Shown piece by piece: positions 36,132-43,413 of a stretch of 64,000 nt of DNA. Position 1 is the first letter of the stretch. Each line of letters starts with the position of its first letter. The translations under genes and the position numbers were made by a program. The DNA is taken from positions 12,908 to 76,907 of the forward strand of contig CALVNS010000006.1 in the NCBI GenBank assembly GCA_944349855.1, written 5' to 3'. The notes under the pieces are model-generated. The model saw nothing but the letters and a program-made list of their open reading frames with translations, searched no databases and was not told the origin of the DNA. The DNA comes from an uncultured Eubacteriales bacterium. GTDB taxonomy: Bacteria; Bacillota; Clostridia; Christensenellales; Aristaeellaceae.

Positions 36132-36256
36132 CCGCATCCCCCCGTTCGCAAATTCGGCACGCCGCTCGGGCGCACGTGTTTATTGTATCAGAAAAACGCC
36201 CGAAGCACAATGCCCCGCCGGCGCTTTCGGACGGCGGAACGGCGAAAAGACGGCGG

Positions 36257-37138
36257 TCAGGCCGCGCCCTCCGCCCGGGTCACACACCACGTGCCCGCGA
36301 TCATCACAAGCAGCGCTGCGATGAATCCGGTCGATGGAATTTCCCGGAAGATCGCCAGGGACAGTGCCACGCCGATGAAGGGCGCGACGGCATAATACGC
36401 GCTGGTCTTGGCCGCCCCCAGCTCACGCTGCGCATAGATGTACAGCGCGATGCTCAGGCCATAGGCGACAAAGCCCAGGCCGAGAGCCCACATGGCGGGG
36501 AGCCACGCGGGCAGCGGTTCGTCCAAGCACAGAGCGATGAGCAGCGAGCCCAGCCCGGAAAAGACGCCCTTGATGACGACGATCTCCACCGGATCTTTGG
36601 AGGAGAGCCGCCGCGTGCAGTTGTTTTCAACCCCCCAACAGACGCAGGCGGCCAGCACCCAGACAGACCCGGATGAAAAGGAAAAGCTGTCCGCTTCCTG
36701 CGCCGACAGGAGCGCCGTGGAGAGCGTGACCAGCCCAATCCCCACCCACAGCTTTCGGGAGATGGCCTCGCCAAAGCAGATCAGCGCGATCAAAGACGTG
36801 GCGACGATCTCGAAGTTGTTCAGTAGCGACGCATTGGCGGCGGTCGTGCGCGACAACCCCACCATCAGCGCAATGGGCGCGGCGATGTCCAGCGCCACCA
36901 TCCCGATGGTGAAGGGCAGCTCTGTGCGCGTGAGCGGCTGCTCGCGCCCGGTGCGCCCGCTCCGTCCTCGCAGCCATTGCAGCGCCGCCATGCCCAGGCC
37001 CGCGCCCAGATAGAGAAACGCCGCCATCATCGTCGGCGCCACGTCGCCCAGCAGCAGCTTGGAAAGCGGCGAGTTGAGCGCATAGAATGCCGCCGCCAGC
37101 ACGGCGCACGCAACGCCGCGTCTGTACCCGTCACGCAT
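36257..37138 (-). CDS. DMT superfamily (EamA-type) permease
   Basis: 293 aa, 10-TM pattern with two EamA-like halves. Starts 9 nt after the upstream repressor gene. Confidence 0.85.
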   Translation of the reverse strand: MRDGYRRGVACAVLAAAFYALNSPLSKLLLGDVAPTMMAAFLYLGAGLGMAALQWLRGRSGRTGREQPLTRTELPFTIGMVALDIAAPIALMVGLSRTTAANASLLNNFEIVATSLIALICFGEAISRKLWVGIGLVTLSTALLSAQEADSFSFSSGSVWVLAACVCWGVENNCTRRLSSKDPVEIVVIKGVFSGLGSLLIALCLDEPLPAWLPAMWALGLGFVAYGLSIALYIYAQRELGAAKTSAYYAVAPFIGVALSLAIFREIPSTGFIAALLVMIAGTWCVTRAEGAA

Positions 37139-37147
37139 CGGAATCCC

Positions 37148-37417
37148 TCACTTCATGAAGCGGTCCAGCGCTGCCGCCAGGTCGTCCAGCGCCTGCCTGT
37201 TGCCCTCCTCAATCGCGTCGACCACGCAGTGCTCAATGTGATCCTTGAGCACCTCCCGTCCGATGTTGTTGATCGCCGCTTTGGCCGCCGCGATCTGCGT
37301 GAGCACCTCGCAGCAGTCCCTGTCCTCCGCCACCATGGCCTTGATGGCCTCCAGATGCCCGATGACGCGCGAGAGGCGGTGAATGACCGCCTGTGAATGC
37401 GTGTGATGATGTGCCAC
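37148..37417 (-). CDS. CsoR/RcnR/FrmR-family (DUF156) metal-sensing transcriptional repressor
   Basis: 89 aa: HRLSRVIGHLEAIKAMV...DCCEVLTQIAAAKAAIN...KDHIEHCV. Cys / His-x3-Cys fingerprint plus an N-terminal HHH. GTG start behind GGGAGGG. Confidence 0.9.
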   Translation of the reverse strand: MAHHHTHSQAVIHRLSRVIGHLEAIKAMVAEDRDCCEVLTQIAAAKAAINNIGREVLKDHIEHCVVDAIEEGNRQALDDLAAALDRFMK

Positions 37418-37432
37418 CGCGTCTTCCCTCCC

Positions 37433-37461
37433 CTCTATATCCCCCCAGGGGGGATATAGAG
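37433..37461. promoter_or_regulatory. perfect 29-nt palindrome, candidate CsoR-family operator
   Basis: CTCTATATCCCCCC-A-GGGGGGATATAGAG, with 14-nt perfect arms. A C6/G6 tract flanked by AT-rich arms is the CsoR-operator style. It abuts the -10 element and covers the predicted transcription start. Confidence 0.65.
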
Positions 37462-37490
37462 ATTATACCACGTGCGCGCATGCTGCGCAA
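37462..37490 (-). promoter_or_regulatory. sigma-A-type promoter of the repressor-DMT operon
   Basis: Minus strand: TTGCGC (37485-37490), 17-nt spacer, TG-extended TATAAT (37462-37467). Confidence 0.5.
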
Positions 37491-37553
37491 GCGCTCGCGC
37501 ATCCGTCGAACCCCCGACGCCCGGCATTCATAGGGTGATGCGGAGGTTTTGGC

Positions 37554-38840
37554 GTGAAAAGATGGGTTTTTGCATTCAGCATCGTCGCCGCGCTCGCCTG
37601 GCTCACGCTGTCCTGCGTGCTGGCCGTTCCGTGGGTGCGCGACGTATCCGTGGCGCTTCCATGGAGCTATACGGTTTTTATTGTGATGGGCATTGCGCTG
37701 CTGCCGGGCTATTTGATGGGGGCGATGTTCCTTTCCAATCTGCTGCACGCAAGGCCGGCGCGTCTGGCCTCGGCAAGGCCTGTCCCCGTGAGCGTCCTCA
37801 TCTGCGCAAGAAACGAGGAATCGTCCATCTACCGCGCGATCCGATCGGTCGTCGCGCAGCGTTACGATGGCCCCATCACGATTTTGTGTGTGGATAATGG
37901 CTCTACCGACCGCACGCGTGCACAGATCGAGCGCGCGGCGTCGGAGCTTGGGCGGCCTGATCGGACGATCCGCCTTCTGGCCTGCCCAAGGCCCGGCAAG
38001 GCGCATGCGCTCAATGAGGCCCTCGCGCACGTCAAGACGGAGCACTTTCTCACCGTCGACGCGGATACGGAGTTGGAGGCGCATGCCCTGGCGACCATCC
38101 TGGCAAGGATTCAGGCCGACGGGGCCGCGTGCGTGGCGGGCAACCTGCTGGCGGCCGAGTCGAAAACCTGGGTCGGCAAGATGCAAATCTACGACTACCT
38201 GCTCAGCATCGCCGCCGTCAAGCGCTACCAGGTCAGCTACGGCGCAACCCTCGTGGCGCAGGGTGCGTTCAGCGCATACGAGACGTCGGCGGTGCGCCGT
38301 GTCGGGGGCTGGACTCCCGGGGTGGGCGAGGACATCGTGCTGACCTACCGCCTGCTGGCGCTGGGGCGCGCTTCCCTCTATGAGCCCCGTGCGGTCGGCC
38401 ATACGGCGGTGCCTGAGCGGCTCACGGCGCTGGGGCGCCAGCGGGCGCGCTGGGCAAGGGGGATGTTCGAAGGGCTGCATGCAGTCCGGCCATGGCGGCA
38501 GCCCAGTCTGTACGCCGGGTATTTTGAAGCGCTGAACACCTCGATCGTCTATCTGGATCTGACGTATGTGTTCGGCTTCCTGGGCGGCGCATTGTTGGCG
38601 CTGACGGGCGCGACGTGGTTTGTCGGGTGGATGACGTTGCTCACGCTGCCCGGCCTGATCGCCGGCTCAGCCAGCGTGTACGCCTTCCAGCGCGGCATCC
38701 GCGCGGTGCGCGTGCAGCACAGTGCGCTTGGGCTGCTGTGCTTCTTGGCGCTGTTTCAGCCCATCCAGTCGCTGTGTTCATTGGCCGGGTATGCGCAGGC
38801 CTTGACGCGACGCCGGATTGCCTGGAAGGCATCGTCTTGA
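37554..38840 (+). CDS. family 2 glycosyltransferase, processive PgaC/IcaA-like synthase
   Basis: N- and C-terminal TM helices. VSVLICARNEE, CVDNGSTDRT, TVDADT, GEDIVLTYR, QRARWARG (QxxRW). GTG start behind GGAGG. Confidence 0.85.
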   Translation: MKRWVFAFSIVAALAWLTLSCVLAVPWVRDVSVALPWSYTVFIVMGIALLPGYLMGAMFLSNLLHARPARLASARPVPVSVLICARNEESSIYRAIRSVVAQRYDGPITILCVDNGSTDRTRAQIERAASELGRPDRTIRLLACPRPGKAHALNEALAHVKTEHFLTVDADTELEAHALATILARIQADGAACVAGNLLAAESKTWVGKMQIYDYLLSIAAVKRYQVSYGATLVAQGAFSAYETSAVRRVGGWTPGVGEDIVLTYRLLALGRASLYEPRAVGHTAVPERLTALGRQRARWARGMFEGLHAVRPWRQPSLYAGYFEALNTSIVYLDLTYVFGFLGGALLALTGATWFVGWMTLLTLPGLIAGSASVYAFQRGIRAVRVQHSALGLLCFLALFQPIQSLCSLAGYAQALTRRRIAWKASS

Positions 38841-38868
38841 GAAGGCATTGTGAAAGGGGTTTTCAGAT

Positions 38869-39717
38869 ATGTTCAAGGGATGGAAGGGGACGCTGCTCTA
38901 TCTGCTCGTGATCGCGGCGGCGTTTGCCGTGCTGCTTTCCTTCTGGCTGGCCGGCAGGGCCGATGCCTCCGCTGAGGAGGGCGTCCGCCTCCCGATTTTG
39001 ATGTACCACGACATCACCGACAATCCGCTCGAGGCGGGCGACTACGTGCTGACGGCGGCCCAATTGGAAGAAGATCTGCGCGCGCTGAAGGAAAACGGCT
39101 GGACGCCCGTCTCCGTCTCCGAGGTGTTGCGCTATGTGCGTGAGGGCGGGCAGCTGCCCGACAAGCCCGTGCTGCTTATCTTTGACGACGGATACCGCAG
39201 CTTTCTGACCCGGGCGCTGCCGCTGCTGCAGGCCTATGACGCACCGGCGGCAGTCTCTGTGATCGGGCGGCAGGCGCAGCGGGCGGGCGCAGAGGCCGGC
39301 AGCGCATTCATGAGCTGGGACGAACTGCGGGAGGCTGCCCAAACGGGCCTGGTGGAGTTCGTGAGCCACTCCGCCGATCTGCACGTCTATTGCCAACGCT
39401 CCGGCGTGGCCCGTCTGGAATGCGAGAGTGAAGAGATGTATGCACAGGTGTTGCAGGGCGACCTGCAACGGATGACGGGGCTGTGCGAGGCTGCCGGGAT
39501 CGCATTGGAGCCCGTCTTCGCCTATCCCTACGGCAGCCTGGAACCGCTGGCGGAACCGCCCCTGCGGGCGCACGGCTTCCTGGCCACGCTCACCAGCGAG
39601 GAGCACGTCAATGTCCTCACCCGCTCTGCAGACTGCCTCTATCTGCTCGGGCGTCTGAACCGCTCCGCATCTTTGCGCACGCAGGATGTGCTGAGCTGGA
39701 TGGAGTGCGGACGATAG
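38869..39717 (+). CDS. polysaccharide deacetylase (NodB-homology, PgaB/IcaB-like)
   Basis: Signal-anchor N-terminus. ILMYHDI and VLLIFDDGYRSF motifs. Confidence 0.8.
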   Translation: MFKGWKGTLLYLLVIAAAFAVLLSFWLAGRADASAEEGVRLPILMYHDITDNPLEAGDYVLTAAQLEEDLRALKENGWTPVSVSEVLRYVREGGQLPDKPVLLIFDDGYRSFLTRALPLLQAYDAPAAVSVIGRQAQRAGAEAGSAFMSWDELREAAQTGLVEFVSHSADLHVYCQRSGVARLECESEEMYAQVLQGDLQRMTGLCEAAGIALEPVFAYPYGSLEPLAEPPLRAHGFLATLTSEEHVNVLTRSADCLYLLGRLNRSASLRTQDVLSWMECGR

Positions 39718-39735
39718 GCGCCCTTTTCGTCGCAT

Positions 39736-39773
39736 AAAAACGCCCTGCCGGCCCAGACCGGCAGGGCGTTTAC
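39736..39773. terminator. bidirectional rho-independent terminator
   Basis: 13-bp stem AACGCCCTGCCGG / CCGGCAGGGCGTT, flanked by an A-run on the left (T-run on the minus strand) and TTTACC on the right. Confidence 0.85.
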
Positions 39774-39785
39774 CTTCGCCCGGCG

Positions 39786-40970
39786 TCATCGCGTCAGCTC
39801 GATGGGCTCCACGCCGGACAGGTCCGGCTCGCCGCCCTCCCATGCGGCGTAGAGGTAGACCTTCAATGCATCCGGCAGGCTGCCCGTCCCCTCCAGGGTG
39901 AAGGTGACCTGCGTCGCTTCGGCGTTCACCTCCTGCACGCGCCACATCGCTCCGTCATCGTCATATACGTCGGCCGTCACCCAGCAGTCGGCCGGGGCCG
40001 TCCCCTCGGGCGGCGCGGCCAGGAAGTTGTCCAAGGGCATGTCGCTTCGCACGGTCAACACGGCGCTCATCGCGGAGACCTCCGCCTCGGCCGTGCACGT
40101 CGCGCCGCCGATGCGCGCCTGGCCGGACATGCGCTGCGCCTGCGCCTGCGCGCGGCCGACCTCGGCGGTGACGACGCCTGCATCCTCCCGCTCCGTGCGC
40201 ATGTACCACGACGCGCCGTCAAAGTAGACCGTCGTCTCAAATCGATACAGGGGGATGCACAGCGTCAGGCTCTCCCGGTCGCGAATCGCCTCCGGCAGCG
40301 GCGTGGCGAAGTCGCGCATCTCACAGTACGCGCCGTCTGCCGTGTAGCGGCCGTCTGCCTGGCTGGGCGGAATGTCGATGCCGTCATCCGTGCGCGTTTG
40401 GTCGCCCGCGGATAGGCTGTAGCGCCGGTATCCGCCCGGCTGACCGGCCGCTGCGGCCTCGTTGAACGCGGTGATGACCTCCGCGCCCGGCTCGTCCTGC
40501 ATGACGGCGGCAAACATCGCGTCCGTCCGCTCCATGCCGTCCAGTTCCTCCGCCGTGGGCGTGTACGCCTCGCAGCCGGCGGCATTGTCAATCCGAAACG
40601 CGACGCTCAGCGTCAGGCCGTCAAAGTAGGCGCCGTCGATGGCGGCCTGCACCTCGCCCAAGCGTTCATCCTCCACCTGCACGGGCTGCACCGTCTCCAG
40701 CGCGGCCTCCTGCGCCACCTTCGCGTAGCGCTCGTCCCGTTGACCGAAGAGCTGGAACAGGTTCAGCCCTTCCGCCACGGCCACGGCCGCCGCGATCGCG
40801 ACCAGCGCCAGCGCCGCCACCAGCGCCATGGACAGCTTTCGTTTCATCATCCGCTCCTCCTTTTGGCATGTTGCCACCGCGTCCCGAATGCGCGCGCGCC
40901 GCTCTGCGGACGCCCCCAGCCCGGACAGCCTGCGCTCCAGCCCCTCCCGAATCCGCGCTTCATTCCACAT
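39786..40970 (-). CDS. putative anti-sigma factor / membrane-anchored protein
   Basis: About 45-aa cytoplasmic N-terminus, one TM (LSMALVAALALVAIAAAVAVA), and a ~330-aa extracytoplasmic domain. ATG 40970 overlaps the ECF sigma gene by 11 nt. Confidence 0.55.
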   Translation of the reverse strand: MWNEARIREGLERRLSGLGASAERRARIRDAVATCQKEERMMKRKLSMALVAALALVAIAAAVAVAEGLNLFQLFGQRDERYAKVAQEAALETVQPVQVEDERLGEVQAAIDGAYFDGLTLSVAFRIDNAAGCEAYTPTAEELDGMERTDAMFAAVMQDEPGAEVITAFNEAAAAGQPGGYRRYSLSAGDQTRTDDGIDIPPSQADGRYTADGAYCEMRDFATPLPEAIRDRESLTLCIPLYRFETTVYFDGASWYMRTEREDAGVVTAEVGRAQAQAQRMSGQARIGGATCTAEAEVSAMSAVLTVRSDMPLDNFLAAPPEGTAPADCWVTADVYDDDGAMWRVQEVNAEATQVTFTLEGTGSLPDALKVYLYAAWEGGEPDLSGVEPIELTR

Positions 40971-41457
40971 CGTCCAACCCCTCCAAGCTGCGTTTGAGCA
41001 TCCGTTCCGCCTTTGCGAGCCGGTACTGCACCGTCCTGCGCGATACCCCAAGCGCCTGCGCCGCCTCTCCGACGCCGAGCCCCTGGTAAAAGCGCAGGAT
41101 CACCGCCTGGCGCAGGCGCTGCGGCAGATCCAGGACGGCCTGCGTCAGTTCGTGGTCCGCCGGTTCAAACGGGACGGCGGGCTCGGGCAGGTCCTCCAGG
41201 CGGACCGCCTTGTCCACGTGCCGCATCCACCCGCCGCGCCGCATGTCCCGGCACGTGTTCACGGCGATGCGCATCAGCCAGGTCTTCTCCGACGCCTCGC
41301 CCCGGTACCGTCCATGCGCCCGCCACGCCTTGACGAACGCCTCCTGCACGGCGTCCTCCGCCAGCTTTGCATCCCCCAGCAGCAGGAAACACGTGCGCAG
41401 CAGCGGGACCTCCCAGCGCGCCATGGCCTCCTCCAGCCAGCTGTCGCTCTGCGGCAT
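40960..41457 (-). CDS. ECF (sigma-70 group 4) RNA polymerase sigma factor
   Basis: 165 aa: region 2 (DAVQEAFVKAW...) and region 4 HTH (LRFYQGLGVGEAAQALGVSRRTVQYRL). ATG 41457 follows GGGGGGAGGA. The longer ORF in the track is an artefact. Confidence 0.9.
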   Translation of the reverse strand: MPQSDSWLEEAMARWEVPLLRTCFLLLGDAKLAEDAVQEAFVKAWRAHGRYRGEASEKTWLMRIAVNTCRDMRRGGWMRHVDKAVRLEDLPEPAVPFEPADHELTQAVLDLPQRLRQAVILRFYQGLGVGEAAQALGVSRRTVQYRLAKAERMLKRSLEGLDDVE

Positions 41458-41521
41458 GTTCCTCCCCCCTTCACCTATATAGACGAGTCGGTCGCCCCAA
41501 ACGCGCAATGCCCGGCGAGAC

Positions 41522-41556
41522 AAAAAAATGCCCCCGCCCTCGGAGGAGGGGCGGGG
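41522..41556 (-). terminator. rho-independent terminator ending the sialic-acid-type operon
   Basis: 8-bp stem CCCCGCCC / GGGCGGGG (41532-41539 / 41549-41556), followed by CATTTTTTTG on the minus strand. Confidence 0.8.
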
Positions 41557-41564
41557 ACCGGTTG

Positions 41565-42215
41565 TCAGTCCACGGGCCGGCGTTCCCGGCACGGGTTGCC
41601 GTATGCGACCATGCGCGGCGCGACGTCGCGCAGCACCACGCTGCCCACGCCGACGACGGCCTCCCGGCCGACGACGACGTCCTGGCGGATGGAAGAGCCG
41701 GTGCCGATGTGCGCGCCGCGGCAGATGCGCACGCCACCGCTGAGCGTACAGCCCGGGGCGATGTGGACGAAATCCTCGATGACATCCGCGTGCTCGACGA
41801 TGGATCCCGTGTTCACGATGACCATGTTGCCAAGCTGTGCGTAGGCATTGACGACGGCATTCTTGCCGATGAACACGCCCTCGCCGATGCGCGCATGGGC
41901 CGAGACAGCGGCGGTCGGGTCGACGATGTTTACGATCTGAAAGCCGATCTTTTGGGCCAGCAGGTACCATTCCTCCCGGTGGCCATAGCCACCGATCGTG
42001 CCCGCGGAGACGAACGCATGGCGCACGCCATCCGCGTACAGGCCCTCCAGTAAGCGCGTAGAGCCCGCCACGGGATGGCCGAAGTAGTCCTTGCCGACCG
42101 GCGCATAGTCGTCCACAATGCTTGCGATGCGATAGCAGCCCATGCGCAGCGCACTGTCCATGACGCTTTGCAGGTGGCCCGTCGCGCCGATCATGACGAT
42201 GTCTGTCTGTTCCAC
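41565..42215 (-). CDS. NeuD/PglB/VioB-family hexapeptide-repeat sugar acetyltransferase
   Basis: N-terminal Rossmann-like VMIGATGHLQSVMDSA, then left-handed beta-helix repeats (IGEGVFIGKNAVVN...IGTGSSIRQDVVVG). Starts 6 nt after the upstream stop. Confidence 0.8.
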   Translation of the reverse strand: MEQTDIVMIGATGHLQSVMDSALRMGCYRIASIVDDYAPVGKDYFGHPVAGSTRLLEGLYADGVRHAFVSAGTIGGYGHREEWYLLAQKIGFQIVNIVDPTAAVSAHARIGEGVFIGKNAVVNAYAQLGNMVIVNTGSIVEHADVIEDFVHIAPGCTLSGGVRICRGAHIGTGSSIRQDVVVGREAVVGVGSVVLRDVAPRMVAYGNPCRERRPVD

Positions 42216-42221
42216 GGCTCT

Positions 42222-43310
42222 TTACTCCTTTTCCAACGGGATCTTCATGACCGTCAGGCGCGCAAGGCACGAGCCATCCTCCACGCCGCCTGCGCAATAG
42301 GCGACCAACATGGCTCCGTCCCGGGTGAAAAACGCCGCCGGGTAGCAGTAGCCATGGCGCGGATCGTCCTCAATCGGGCGCATCGGGCTCCAGGTCACGC
42401 CGTCGTCCTCGCTCGTCGCGTAGACGAGCGGCGTGCGCCCGCCGGTCCAGACGCCCTCGCACTGCTGGCTCTTCTCCATATGGTTGGGCACCGGATTCCA
42501 AAAGGCAAAGAGACGGCCGGTATCCGGCTGGCGCAGCAGCTTCATGGGCGACAGAGGCGAGGTGAAGCGCGAGGCCTGCGGCGTGGACCAGTGCAGCCCG
42601 CCGTCGCGCGAGAAGGCCTCGTACTGGTACATCTTGTCCGTACGGAAGTACGCCCACAGCGCGCCGTCGCGCAGCTCCAGGACGCCCGGTTCCTGCAGAC
42701 CGGAGCGCGTGCCTGAAAACGGCGGATGGATCACATCCGGCGCCTCGCTCCAGGTCGCGCCGTCGTCGTCGGAGTAGAGCATGCAGGCGCACGCGCAGGG
42801 ATCGAAGAAGAACTTGCCGGTCCGCTCGTCCAGGCCCGTGCGGTGGTAGGCCAGCGGCACGAGGATGCGCCCGCTGTGCAGGCGCTCCACGCGGCTGTTG
42901 TTGAGCACGAACCAGCCGCGCCGGTCCGGCAGCGTACACTCCGCGTGCCGGCCGAACGTGCGGCCCTCATCGGACGAGCGCGCCAGCATGATGCGCGTGT
43001 ACCATGCCTCTTTCACGATGTAAAACAGGCCGATCTCTCCGCTGTGCAGGCGCAGCAGCGAGACGCTCATGACGTTTTTCACGCCGAACGTCTGCGCGCT
43101 GACGACCTCCCGGGGCTGCGACCAGGTCTCGCCTTCGTCGGCGGACTCGATGGCGACGAGGGCCGACGGCGCCTCGTCGTCGTTTTGCTCAAAGAAGCGG
43201 GTGTAGACAAAGAGAATGGAGCCGTCCGCACGGCGCACGAAGTCGCCCTCGCTGTGGCGCGCGTATACGCGGTCCGGGCGGATGTCCAGGACCCTGCGGC
43301 TTTGTTGCAT
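42222..43310 (-). CDS. BNR/Asp-box repeat sialidase-like beta-propeller protein, no signal peptide
   Basis: Five Asp-boxes: SADEGETW, SSDEGRTF, SDDDGATW, SRDGGLHW, SEDDGVTW. The N-terminus MQQSRRVLDIRPDR has no hydrophobic segment. Confidence 0.75.
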   Translation of the reverse strand: MQQSRRVLDIRPDRVYARHSEGDFVRRADGSILFVYTRFFEQNDDEAPSALVAIESADEGETWSQPREVVSAQTFGVKNVMSVSLLRLHSGEIGLFYIVKEAWYTRIMLARSSDEGRTFGRHAECTLPDRRGWFVLNNSRVERLHSGRILVPLAYHRTGLDERTGKFFFDPCACACMLYSDDDGATWSEAPDVIHPPFSGTRSGLQEPGVLELRDGALWAYFRTDKMYQYEAFSRDGGLHWSTPQASRFTSPLSPMKLLRQPDTGRLFAFWNPVPNHMEKSQQCEGVWTGGRTPLVYATSEDDGVTWSPMRPIEDDPRHGYCYPAAFFTRDGAMLVAYCAGGVEDGSCLARLTVMKIPLEKE

Positions 43311-43356
43311 AAGCGTCCTCCTCGCGTTGGCGCAGATTCATCCGCGCCGGGAAGCG

Positions 43357-43382
43357 CAAGAGACGCATGGCTGCGTCTCTTG
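43357..43382 (-). other. intra-operon hairpin downstream of the binding-protein gene
   Basis: 11-bp stem CAAGAGACGCA / TGCGTCTCTTG with a 4-nt loop. No U-tract on the minus strand. Confidence 0.5.
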
Positions 43383-43413
43383 GCCTTCCGATTCGGTTTT
43401 ACATGCCGTCGCG

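Noticed and set aside
40960-42297. 445-aa ORF that would fuse the ECF sigma factor to ~280 extra N-terminal residues
   Set aside because: The extension runs through a rho-independent terminator and out of frame over the acetyltransferase gene. The sigma factor has a strong RBS at its internal ATG (41457) and a normal length of 165 aa.
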